A program made the position numbers and the translations under genes. A stretch of DNA of 16,755 nucleotides from Candidatus Heimdallarchaeota archaeon (GTDB lineage: Archaea > Asgardarchaeota > Heimdallarchaeia > Heimdallarchaeales > Heimdallarchaeaceae), in assembly GCA_021399395.1 (NCBI GenBank), contig JAAFKJ010000074.1, forward strand, positions 1-16,755, written 5' to 3'. Below, in pieces: positions 1 to 8,503 of the stretch (the first letter of the stretch is position 1; every line of letters starts with the position of its first letter). Under the pieces are notes generated by a model, which made no database searches, had not been told where the DNA came from, and worked only from the letters and a program-made list of their open reading frames with translations.

Positions 1-173
1 ATCCCTCGCATACCTGTGATTGCTAAACTATCACCAGTACAATCTTTTACTATATGTTCTCTGATTTTAACATTCCATTCTTTCAGATTTTCTTTTGTAA
101 TTTCCTTGTTCTTGATAACTGTTACAATATCATATCTAAAATTCACCGCATCATCCTGAGGTACATTAACCAT
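1..173 (-). CDS. Partial CDS (5' part, runs off left edge); N-terminus resembles the FakA/DAK2-family middle domain
   Basis: Not in ORF track. Manual translation from ATG at 173: MVNVPQDDAVNFRYDIVTVIKNKEITKENLKEWNVKIREHIVKDCTGDSLAITGMRG, open to the edge. GGTGA lies 4 nt upstream (178-182). FRY...GDSL resembles the FakA/YloV middle domain; the product call is tentative. Confidence 0.6.
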   Translation of the reverse strand, partial: MVNVPQDDAVNFRYDIVTVIKNKEITKENLKEWNVKIREHIVKDCTGDSLAITGMRG

Positions 174-249
174 TTTATCACCTTGTTCGTTATTAGATAA
201 ACTAAAAAGGTGGTTTTTAACTTTTGCCACACTATATATTAAAAATATT

Positions 250-1077
250 TTAGTTCTTCTTTCTTCTTTTGTATATTACAAATGAAATTGTAGAGAGAAC
301 CACAATTGCAACCAACGCTGAAGGTGCGGGTAAAGTAGTAACAAATTTGATATGTACTTTAACATAAAAGGCGTCTATTCCTTCGATATAAGGATGCATA
401 GGATCTAATATGTTTGGTGAAAAATATGCTATAAAACTATCTACCACAATAAAGTAATCCAAATCATAGGTTGAAGTAGTATAATCATATATTGTAGTGG
501 TTATATTACCTAAAGTTGATACTGTTGTATTAGTAACTATGTTGTCATATGTTAAAGGACCTATATATCCAGAAACAACGCGTGTTTCTCCTTCCGTTAA
601 GTTGGAAGCACCAAAATAAACAGTAATAGATTCTAATTCAGAAGCTTTTATGTAATAACTTGCTGCATCCAATAGAATTTCGACTTCTGGGTGATCTAAT
701 TCAAAATATGTTACAGTTCCTGAAATATTTGCATAATAGAAATCATTATCTGGGACAAGAAGATTAGGGTCTGCCCAAGGTTGTATTCTTTTTCCAAGAC
801 CAATAGGGTTGGGTAGAATATAATGCCAAATTGCAGCCAATTCGAACAGCTGTTTACTATCAATTACATATACCGAACAATTGTCAATCTCAGAATTGAG
901 AACATCTATAGTCATATCAACGTAGGAACTACCTTTATCTAATGGAATTTGACGATATTCGAAAAAAGCAAAATCAGATTCAATAATCATTGATTCGTTT
1001 AGAGCGTATATGCCGTTTGTAGATAAAATGAGTAATATAATAGCTGTTATGATTCCTTTTTGATACAACCATTTCAT
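250..1077 (-). CDS. Secreted, C-terminally membrane-anchored surface glycoprotein
   Basis: N-terminal signal peptide-like segment (KGIITAIILLILSTNGIYA), several N-x-S/T sequons, a Thr-rich stretch, and a C-terminal PAPS + hydrophobic helix + KRRKK tail. Confidence 0.75.
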   Translation of the reverse strand: MKWLYQKGIITAIILLILSTNGIYALNESMIIESDFAFFEYRQIPLDKGSSYVDMTIDVLNSEIDNCSVYVIDSKQLFELAAIWHYILPNPIGLGKRIQPWADPNLLVPDNDFYYANISGTVTYFELDHPEVEILLDAASYYIKASELESITVYFGASNLTEGETRVVSGYIGPLTYDNIVTNTTVSTLGNITTTIYDYTTSTYDLDYFIVVDSFIAYFSPNILDPMHPYIEGIDAFYVKVHIKFVTTLPAPSALVAIVVLSTISFVIYKRRKKN

Positions 1078-1120
1078 ACTTGTTTCTTGTTTTTATCTCT
1101 TAAATAATTTGTGATAATCT

Positions 1121-1183
1121 GACAAGGTACAGTTTGGAGGTAAATATTTCGAAATGTTTAAGAATTTCCTCCAAAACCTAGTC
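1121..1183. promoter_or_regulatory. Extended inverted repeat / RNA hairpin in divergent intergenic region
   Basis: TTTGGAGG (1133-1140) pairs with CCTCCAAA (1168-1175). Inner arms TAAATATT/AATGTTTA flank a TCGA loop. Outer pairs are AGGT/ACCT and GAC/GTC. Confidence 0.5.
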
Positions 1184-1194
1184 TGCAAGTGGAA

Positions 1195-1578
1195 ATGATG
1201 AAGAAAATAATAATCATCGAGGATGAGAAGGACATTAGTAATCTGTATAAGTTACTTTTTGAAAGAGAGGGCATTGAAGTTGAAGAGATTATTACTAGCG
1301 GTAAAGTAGCACTTGAGAAGATTGATTTATTAATGGATAGACTGGAGGATATCATTTTCATTATTGACCACAGAATACCAGAAAAAACTGGTTTAGAAGT
1401 AGCCAAGAGGTTGATTGAAATTTCTCCTGCCCTGAAGAATCAGATTATTATTGCAACAGCTGATGACACTATTTCCCAAGATCAAGTTGAAGAATTAGGG
1501 ATTCCGTATTTCTTAAGAAAGCCCTTTAGTTTAGATAATTTACTAGAAACGCTTGACAAAATCCAAAAATCAACCTAA
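1195..1578 (+). CDS. Stand-alone response regulator receiver (CheY-like) protein
   Basis: IIIIEDE acidic pocket, phospho-acceptor Asp in IIDHRIP, Thr in IATAD, and FLRKPF. Start is likely ATG 1195 or 1198 rather than GTG 1189. Confidence 0.9.
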   Translation: MMKKIIIIEDEKDISNLYKLLFEREGIEVEEIITSGKVALEKIDLLMDRLEDIIFIIDHRIPEKTGLEVAKRLIEISPALKNQIIIATADDTISQDQVEELGIPYFLRKPFSLDNLLETLDKIQKST

Positions 1579-1597
1579 ATTCTTGTTAATGGTATTT

Positions 1598-1936
1598 TTA
1601 CACAAATGAAGCAGTAGTATTGTCTTGTTTCTTATTTGGTTCTGGAAGAGCTATTTCACCAAATCTTGCTTCAAATGCTTTCAGTTGTTCTTGGATGATT
1701 TTCGATAAAATTTTCAACTGGTGTGGTGAGAAATTGATCTCAGTTATGATCTCTTTAATTATCGACTTTGGCATTAACGCCTCTGGCCCAGTACTTGGGT
1801 CAGCTTTATATTCAGCCTTATCTTTGAAAACGATCATTTTGAAACCAGCTACAGAATGAACCATTTGAATACTTTCAGCATAGAAACTTGGAATGTCATC
1901 AGTTCTTTCAACTTTCATGGGAATATTTCTACTCAT
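1598..1936 (-). CDS. DUF3467-like small protein
   Basis: FYAE near the N-terminus and the C-terminal SPHQLKIL...LKAFEARFGEI match the DUF3467 pattern (SP.haK.l...l..yE..fGeI). ATG at 1936 preferred. Confidence 0.7.
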   Translation of the reverse strand: MSRNIPMKVERTDDIPSFYAESIQMVHSVAGFKMIVFKDKAEYKADPSTGPEALMPKSIIKEIITEINFSPHQLKILSKIIQEQLKAFEARFGEIALPEPNKKQDNTTASFV

Positions 1937-2022
1937 TGTTATCAAAAAAAGGTTAAATCAGAGAATAAAAATATATTGATTAACAGAAAGAGTTTAGCAA
2001 CAGATCTGATAGGTAGAATATA

Positions 2023-2589
2023 ATGTCTGAAATTTATACAGGAGTCAAGTTTAAAATCAAAAAATTGGGTAACTTACAGAAATCTGAAATGAGTGAAAGC
2101 CTAGCCAATAAAATGTCCAAGGTTTTATCATCTCTTCCAGAAGAGTGTTCTCCTGGTTCTTCAGGAAACGTGAGTGTTAAAACCGAAGAAGGAATACTGA
2201 TTTCCTCAAGTGGAACTCATCTACGTAATCTAGTTTATCCTAATGATTTTTGTAAGGTAGTATCATCTAGCGAAGAAAAACGGATAAGTTACTATGGTTC
2301 AGGATTGCCAAGTTCTGAAACAAGAATGCATCTACTCATTTTTAAAAAAAGACCAGATATGAGATTTTGTCTTCATGTCCATCTACCAAATATCGAAAAA
2401 CTCCAAATACTTAATAGATTTCCAGTAACAAGGCAATTTCTTTCCTATGGAACTATTGATCTTGCAAAAGAAGCTTCTAATCTCCTTCAGAGCAACAACA
2501 CAGCTATTTTACGTGATCATGGGATAGTAGTAGTAGGTAAAGAGTTTGATGTAATAGTAGAAGAAGTACGAAGAATAAGCAATTTGTAA
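2023..2589 (+). CDS. Class II aldolase/adducin family protein (FucA-like)
   Basis: SGNVS, ISSSG, PSSE (catalytic Glu), HVH and DHG Zn-ligand motifs. Substrate unknown. Confidence 0.88.
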   Translation: MSEIYTGVKFKIKKLGNLQKSEMSESLANKMSKVLSSLPEECSPGSSGNVSVKTEEGILISSSGTHLRNLVYPNDFCKVVSSSEEKRISYYGSGLPSSETRMHLLIFKKRPDMRFCLHVHLPNIEKLQILNRFPVTRQFLSYGTIDLAKEASNLLQSNNTAILRDHGIVVVGKEFDVIVEEVRRISNL

Positions 2590-2635
2590 AGAGTACTTCA
2601 CAAACATTTTTGAATAAATTTATTACATCTACGTT

Positions 2636-3688
2636 ATGCCTACATTTGCTACTGGAGTTCTCTTATCCCTAACTGCAGCTTTAGCTTGGGGGTCAAGTTT
2701 GGTTTCCTTTAAAGTAGGCGTGAAAAATGTTGATACTCTTGCAGCAACTTATATTAGAGGACTGATAGCGATTCCATTATTGCTCATATTAGGATTAACT
2801 ATTAATGGAACAGAAACATACACAAAATTATTCCTTTATCCAAATTATATCTGGTTAATTCTTGGTGGATTAAGTATTGCTTTAGGCGATTTCTTCTCAC
2901 TCTTCGCTCTACAAAAAATAGATGTATCACTTTCGCAACCAATTACAGCTATATACCCCATCTTCACAACTTTAACTCTGCTAATTGCAAAAATAGAAGA
3001 TATTAATTGGTTAATTATAGTAGGAACTCTCTTAATCACAGCTGGAGTAATGTTAATTTCTTTCTTCAGTCAAAGAAATGAAAATAAAAGATTAAAAAAT
3101 TTAAAGAATGAAGATAACAATATTGGAGACAAAACCAAAAAGAAACTAATTCCAATTGGTATTGGCTTTTCAATTACTGCTGCATTATTCTGGGGATTAG
3201 CTATTGTGTTTAATCGTTTAATTCTTGAAGATCAGAGTATTGATATCCTTCCACTCATGGGACTAAGAAACGGTCTGATGGTTGTTGTATCAGCTGCTAT
3301 TGTATTTATTCGACCATTGATTAACAAAGAAAAATATAAATCCAAAATCTTTGCTCCTAAGAAAGAGGCACTTATTCTTATGGGAGGAGGTGTAATCTCT
3401 TGGTGTATTGGAGGTGTATCATTCTTTACAGCTGTAAAGATTATCGGTGCAGGTTATAGTACGCCTATTTCATCTATTTCTCCATTCATTGTTATGTTAC
3501 TAGGAGGATTATTTCTGAAAGAGAAAATTAGTTATCCCCAAATGATAGGGGTTGCGATTATAGTTGCGGGATCGATTGTGCTTTCATTACCTGAATTACT
3601 ACACAATAATGGTTTAAAACTACTCGCAAGTACGAATGAAATAGTACCTTGGTTTGAAAACCATAGTTACTTAGGGAATTTCTTCTAA
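2636..3688 (+). CDS. DMT superfamily (EamA) transporter
   Basis: Two repeats of about 5 TM each, beginning AALAWG and AALFWG. Also YPIFT/SPFIV and LFLKEKI motifs, with a charged linker between repeats. Confidence 0.9.
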   Translation: MPTFATGVLLSLTAALAWGSSLVSFKVGVKNVDTLAATYIRGLIAIPLLLILGLTINGTETYTKLFLYPNYIWLILGGLSIALGDFFSLFALQKIDVSLSQPITAIYPIFTTLTLLIAKIEDINWLIIVGTLLITAGVMLISFFSQRNENKRLKNLKNEDNNIGDKTKKKLIPIGIGFSITAALFWGLAIVFNRLILEDQSIDILPLMGLRNGLMVVVSAAIVFIRPLINKEKYKSKIFAPKKEALILMGGGVISWCIGGVSFFTAVKIIGAGYSTPISSISPFIVMLLGGLFLKEKISYPQMIGVAIIVAGSIVLSLPELLHNNGLKLLASTNEIVPWFENHSYLGNFF

Positions 3689-3900
3689 TCTCTTTCTCTA
3701 ACAGTAATAGCTTTTGCAATCTGTAAGAGAGCGATAAGTGCTATCAAATATGCCCAGAATGCATACATTGACCACCATCCAGTAAGTACAAATCCAAAAG
3801 CAGCATTCATACCAAATATATCTCCAGCATCAAGGACAGTTAATCCTAAAAACAGAGCTATTATACCTTGAATTAAAGAAATTATTCTATAACCAGCCAT
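3685..3900 (-). CDS. Small 2-TM membrane protein, unknown function
   Basis: 71 aa with two hydrophobic segments. TATA-like TTTTTATAT lies 22-30 nt upstream of the ATG, and the ORF fills the intergenic gap. Confidence 0.7.
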   Translation of the reverse strand: MAGYRIISLIQGIIALFLGLTVLDAGDIFGMNAAFGFVLTGWWSMYAFWAYLIALIALLQIAKAITVRERD

Positions 3901-3960
3901 GAATCAGTATCCTTGAATCAGATATAAAAATTTTTGTTTAATTAAACCAGAACCAGTTCG

Positions 3961-4476
3961 TCATTTATCACTAGGAACGTTTAATTTATATTTTTTAGCT
4001 AGTTTTTCTGCAAGAGCTTCCTCTTCAAGTGCATGTTTCTCATCTTTAGTAAGATTTTCAGGCACCCATTTTGGTATCGATTTACTTATTTCTGTATAAT
4101 ATGCTCTAATCGCTCTCCGTAATGCTCCTACTGCAAGACTTCCGCAATGAGTTTTTACACTTGGAAGACCCCCAAGTGCTTCAGATACATCTGCCCAGGT
4201 TATTTTCCATGCATCTTCCAAAGATTTGTTTTCAATCATGATTGTTAATTGACTCGCAGCTGCAATATTGGATGCACATCCATAGCTTTCAAAACTTGAT
4301 TTGGTAATTATCCCAGTACCTTCATTTATTTTGAGATAGAATGCAATCATGTCACCACAAGCAGGACTTCCAGCTGAAGCGGCTATTGTTGCGTCTTCCA
4401 TTCGCCCTAGATTTTGTGGGTTTTGAAACAATTCTAGTACTCTTGGTGCGTAAGGTAAGGGTATTCTGCTTGACAT
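3961..4476 (-). CDS. iscU: IscU/NifU-N type Fe-S cluster scaffold
   Basis: NPQNLG, PACGD, YGCAS and LPSVKTHC: all three Cys, the Asp and the His are retained. Directly downstream of iscS; has a charged C-terminal extension. Confidence 0.95.
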   Translation of the reverse strand: MSSRIPLPYAPRVLELFQNPQNLGRMEDATIAASAGSPACGDMIAFYLKINEGTGIITKSSFESYGCASNIAAASQLTIMIENKSLEDAWKITWADVSEALGGLPSVKTHCGSLAVGALRRAIRAYYTEISKSIPKWVPENLTKDEKHALEEEALAEKLAKKYKLNVPSDK

Positions 4477-4487
4477 TTTCTTTCCTC

Positions 4488-5699
4488 TTATAATTCAATT
4501 CCACCGGTTATGGACCGGATACGCGATATGATTTTAGGCATTCTTTCAAGAACGTAATCAACTTGTTCTTCAGTGTTGAGTCTATTAAGTTTCATGAGTA
4601 AACTGCCATGGGCTTCTTCTGGCTTTCTACCTATAGCTGTAAGTATATGACTCGGCATTAGGACCCGTGAAGTGCAAGCAGAGCCTGAAGAAACGTAGAT
4701 TCCGTTCATACTACATTCAACTGTTAAAGCTTCACCTTCGCATCCCAAGTAACTAATATTGACATTATCGGGTGCTCTTCTTTCTCCTGAAGGACCATTC
4801 ATTTCAGTCCGTTCAATGCTTGTAAGAAGTCCATATAATAATTTATCCCTAAGTCTAGTAATGTTCTCTTTTACTTGATCAAATTTACTAAACTGTAATT
4901 CTACAGCTTTCGCAAATCCTGCTAACAGTGCAGGGTTTTCCACATCTGGTGAGAGAATTTCTACACTCAGTTGTCCCTCATAGAGAGCTTTCATTTTAAT
5001 ACCTTCTCTAACATATAATGCCGCTATTCCTTTGGGACCAAGAATTCTATTACTATTGAAAGTGGCTAAATCTACTTCTAGTTTATTATAATCTATAGGA
5101 ACACGACCAAATGCAGCTGTTGCATCAGTATGAAAGAATATTTCTTCACTTTTATCTTTTACAATTTCTAGAGCTGCTTTGACTGGTTGCATTGTTCCGA
5201 GTTCATGATTAGTAGTCTGTAAACTCACTAACAGGGTATCATCATCTAGTTTCTCTTGTAAAACATCTAGATTTACTGTACCATCATTAGAAACAGGAAT
5301 TATATCTACATGATACTGCTGATTAAAAAGTGATTTTGCTGTGTGTATAACACTCAAATGTTCGGCTTCTGATACAATTATTTTCTTCTTCTTTTTATTT
5401 AATGGAAGAAGACCTTTGATGGCTAGGTTATTAGATTCTGTAAAACTATGGGTTAATGCCAGTGTTTGAGGATCAACGCTCAAAGGCTTAGCAATTGCAG
5501 TTTTAGCTTTGACATAGAAATCATATGTTTCCCATCCTATTTTGTGTGTAATTGCTGGATTTCCAAATGTTTTCTCGAGATAAATGGGAATCATCACATC
5601 TAATACTTCTTTATCTACAACAGACCCATTTTCCCAATCTAAATAAACGTCCTTGATAGGTTTTCCATGTTGTTTTAGTAATCCTTCTACGCCTGACAT
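4488..5699 (-). CDS. iscS: IscS/NifS-like group I cysteine desulfurase homologue with a degenerate PLP site
   Basis: VYLD, TESNNLAIKG, EH, HTDA, GPKG and SSGSACTS motifs present, but SxHK reads SNR. Start reassigned to ATG 5699, 4 nt after the upstream stop. Confidence 0.9.
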   Translation of the reverse strand: MSGVEGLLKQHGKPIKDVYLDWENGSVVDKEVLDVMIPIYLEKTFGNPAITHKIGWETYDFYVKAKTAIAKPLSVDPQTLALTHSFTESNNLAIKGLLPLNKKKKKIIVSEAEHLSVIHTAKSLFNQQYHVDIIPVSNDGTVNLDVLQEKLDDDTLLVSLQTTNHELGTMQPVKAALEIVKDKSEEIFFHTDATAAFGRVPIDYNKLEVDLATFNSNRILGPKGIAALYVREGIKMKALYEGQLSVEILSPDVENPALLAGFAKAVELQFSKFDQVKENITRLRDKLLYGLLTSIERTEMNGPSGERRAPDNVNISYLGCEGEALTVECSMNGIYVSSGSACTSRVLMPSHILTAIGRKPEEAHGSLLMKLNRLNTEEQVDYVLERMPKIISRIRSITGGIEL

Positions 5700-5703
5700 A
5701 ATC

Positions 5704-5958
5704 TTAACCCAATAATTCTGTAAGGAAATTCTCAATTTGTTCGACTTCAGATAACATTAATTTTCCAGTCCTATAGAATGAAATCTTATATTTGCCGTAT
5801 TGATATTTTTCCACCATATTGCCAATTTTTTGTACCAGTTCACTTTTTGCTTGGATTTTCTTTTGTACTTCGTCTATAGTACCCCATTTGAGCATGATAA
5901 CATAACTGTTATCTTTTTTGCAGCTCTCAACTATTGAATCCACATAGTTCTGGTACAA
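5704..5958 (-). CDS. Small protein heading the iscS-iscU operon, possible TBP-like half domain
   Basis: TTG start with GGTG upstream (5967-5970) and a stop 4 nt before the iscS ATG. KISFYRTGKLML resembles the TBP / RNase HIII N-domain hairpin. Confidence 0.7.
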   Translation of the reverse strand: MYQNYVDSIVESCKKDNSYVIMLKWGTIDEVQKKIQAKSELVQKIGNMVEKYQYGKYKISFYRTGKLMLSEVEQIENFLTELLG

Positions 5959-6018
5959 ACAATTAACACCTAATTCAAGCTTATTGAAGTAAAAGGGTTT
6001 ATTTAATCTTTGTTTTAA

Positions 6019-6513
6019 TCAAAAATTTCTTTGATTTTCTTCAATATTTTTCTGACAGTCTTTACACAGTGAAGAAGGCTTTTTTTCTGCTTCCTTCAAG
6101 CTGGTAGAATATTGCATAACACAAGAATTCTGACAATGTTCTAATCCCAATATATGCCCACACTCATGAATACTTTCTTTAATCTTCATCTCAGAAGATT
6201 CCAATCTATGAAATGAGACTAGAGCTCCATAATATTGTGATGCTAATCCAAAAACAAAATTCATAGCTGGAACATATAGATCATTTTTTACTATCCAGAA
6301 AAAAAAGCGAAGATTTTCTTTATCTATTAACATATTTAGTAGTTTCTGACCATCAAACTGATCTCTCTTTTTGTCATAAGTTTTATAATCTAACTTGTAC
6401 TCTTTTAATTCTTGAATCTTAATATTGTATGTTGTTACTAGATGTTCAGCTATCTCCTCAACTTCACTAAGCTCTAAATTTGGGTCATAGAGAATGAGTA
6501 GAGGAGGAAACAT
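6019..6513 (-). CDS. amzA: Archaemetzincin (peptidase M54)
   Basis: HECGHILGLEHCQNSCVM...LCKDC combines the metzincin HExxHxxGxxH with the Cys4 Zn site. DLYVPAMNFVFGLA motif also present. Confidence 0.93.
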   Translation of the reverse strand: MFPPLLILYDPNLELSEVEEIAEHLVTTYNIKIQELKEYKLDYKTYDKKRDQFDGQKLLNMLIDKENLRFFFWIVKNDLYVPAMNFVFGLASQYYGALVSFHRLESSEMKIKESIHECGHILGLEHCQNSCVMQYSTSLKEAEKKPSSLCKDCQKNIEENQRNF

Positions 6514-6581
6514 AAGTTATTCTACATAGTGAGATGTTTAAATTTTTCGTAATCCGTTCAAGTCAGAGTACTGAAAACACT

Positions 6582-7052
6582 TTATCTTGTTTTTTTCTGA
6601 AGTTTTTTGTCTTTACGTTTCCCTATTAACAAATAGATGAGTGCGCCTAATAAAAGCCAGAATGAAATTGAAACTGCATAACCACAAGTGTCATTTATGT
6701 TAAATGCAATAATAATCATTCCCGCTTGAAAGATGTAGAAGAAAATAATATACACTACATGCTGCACTGGTTTTTCCCTAAATTGACTTTTCAGAATGAA
6801 GTCTAATATTAGTTGTACTATGAAGAAAACAATGACATAGGAAAGGAGTGCATAAACCCACCAATCATAACCTGTGATTATATAACCAATCAACACGGCA
6901 ATTATTGGAAATCCTAATGTCAGAAAGATAATTCCGAATATTCTAATAAATTTCATCGAGTTGTGTCTATCACTTACGTAAATAGCTGATACACATAGAT
7001 TTGCTAAAACAGCAGCAATTACAAACAGAATATCAAAAGCATTCACTGCCAT
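6582..7052 (-). CDS. Polytopic membrane protein (about 5 TM), unknown function
   Basis: 156 aa with five hydrophobic segments and a basic C-terminal tail. Confidence 0.75.
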   Translation of the reverse strand: MAVNAFDILFVIAAVLANLCVSAIYVSDRHNSMKFIRIFGIIFLTLGFPIIAVLIGYIITGYDWWVYALLSYVIVFFIVQLILDFILKSQFREKPVQHVVYIIFFYIFQAGMIIIAFNINDTCGYAVSISFWLLLGALIYLLIGKRKDKKLQKKTR

Positions 7053-7333
7053 AAGATGGAATAAGCAAGGACACTAATAAAAGATTCTAAGCCATTTACT
7101 CAGATAGTGTTTCCGTTTTAGGTGTTTATATCTTAGCTCTGAGGTATTCTAAATCAAATTCGAGAACTTCTTTTGAGGTGATTATCTCCTTCTTTCTGAT
7201 GTGCAGATTGAGCACCCACATAGAAAACCATTTGGAAAAATATAATCTTAAAACATTAAGGATTCTTACATTGATTTTATTCAAAACTTTAGTGAACGCA
7301 AATTTCTTATAGCAAAATATAACTCCTCATTCA

Positions 7334-8503
7334 ATGAGTTCAGAATCTTGGAATATTTTGATGGTAGTCTTAAGTACAGTAGCTCCAGATGTTAGGGTAG
7401 AGAAGGAAGCGAGATTTCTAGCTAGTGAAGGGCATAAAGTAACTGTAATCGGTACAAACCCTAGAGGGGATTTGTCAAATGATGAACAGAGAGATGGTTA
7501 TACCATCAAGAGAGTTCCTAGTAACAAGAAGTTATTTTTCAAATATTTTGAATTCTGGAAAAATGTTCGTAAAGTAGTTAAGAATCAGAAATTCGATGTT
7601 GTTCATCTACATGATCTGAATGTTTTACCACTTGCTTCAAAGCTGAAGAAAAATGCAAAAATCATTATCTATGATAGTCATGAGAATTTTCCTGAACAGA
7701 TGTCGGAAACATTTGGATTTCTAGGTCTATGGGGATATTCTTTAGTTGAAAGATTTTACCTTAAAAGAGTACATGGAGTTATAACAGCTGGGATCACTTA
7801 TACAGAGAATCTTAAAAGAAAATACAAAACTGAAAGTAGTTGGATAGCCAATTATCCTTCCAAGTTAGATATAGAAGCTGCCCACAAAAAAGAAATTCCC
7901 AAAGAATTCAAAGATAAGAAAAGATTCAGAGTTGTCCATTTTGGTGTAATGTACCACAATTTAGGGTATAACAAGACAGTTGAAGCTGTCAAAATTCTAA
8001 GTAAGCAACTGAAACCTAATGAAATAGAGTTTCTTGTTATGGGATCCGGCACTTCACTTGAGCCTATGAAGCAACTAATTGAAGAATACAAATTAGAGGA
8101 TTACTTTACCGTTACTGGTTGGATGAATTATCATGAAGCTCTCTCAATTATGCGTTCATGTGACATAGGCTTAATTTTATTTCAACCTGGAAAAAATAAC
8201 TTTCTAAGAATCCCTAATAGGTTGTATGAGTATTGCTCTGCAGGAGTCCCATTCATAGGATCAAATTTCGAAGGTTTAATACGTTCAATCTCAGGTCGTG
8301 AAGAACTTGGTATTCTTATAGATCCAACTTCCCCAGAAGAATTAGCTGAATCGATTCTGGGAGTTTACAAAGATGAAGAAAAGCTGAACAGGATGAAAAA
8401 ACTAGCTTCTGAAGCATATAAAGAGCAATTTAACTGGGAAAGTGAAATTCCGAAAATATTACAGAAGTATGAAGAATCTTTTAAGAGATTAAAGAAAAAC
8501 TAG
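7334..8503 (+). CDS. Glycosyltransferase family 4 (GT-B)
   Basis: DVRVEKEA...GHKVTVI, DVVHLHD, IIYDSHE and PNRLYEYCSAGVPFIGS (a variant of PNKLFEY.AAG.P). Confidence 0.92.
   Translation: MSSESWNILMVVLSTVAPDVRVEKEARFLASEGHKVTVIGTNPRGDLSNDEQRDGYTIKRVPSNKKLFFKYFEFWKNVRKVVKNQKFDVVHLHDLNVLPLASKLKKNAKIIIYDSHENFPEQMSETFGFLGLWGYSLVERFYLKRVHGVITAGITYTENLKRKYKTESSWIANYPSKLDIEAAHKKEIPKEFKDKKRFRVVHFGVMYHNLGYNKTVEAVKILSKQLKPNEIEFLVMGSGTSLEPMKQLIEEYKLEDYFTVTGWMNYHEALSIMRSCDIGLILFQPGKNNFLRIPNRLYEYCSAGVPFIGSNFEGLIRSISGREELGILIDPTSPEELAESILGVYKDEEKLNRMKKLASEAYKEQFNWESEIPKILQKYEESFKRLKKN

Noticed and set aside
5700-5735. Longer 415-aa start for iscS
   Set aside because: It overlaps the upstream gene; ATG 5699 just after the upstream stop is more plausible.
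7178-7199. GTGATTA-11 nt-CTGA, a possible half C/D unit with a pyrimidine-rich guide
   Set aside because: No second box pair or terminal stem was found, and a low-complexity guide matches rRNA easily by chance.
7126-7284. Short minus-strand open frame ending MWVLNLHIRKKEIITSKEVLEFDLEYLRAKI
   Set aside because: Only about 30-50 codons, with no RBS, motif or convincing promoter; cannot be supported.
3685-8503. 4-nt overlaps of convergent stop codons (3685-3688, 8500-8503)
   Set aside because: Common in compact prokaryotic genomes.
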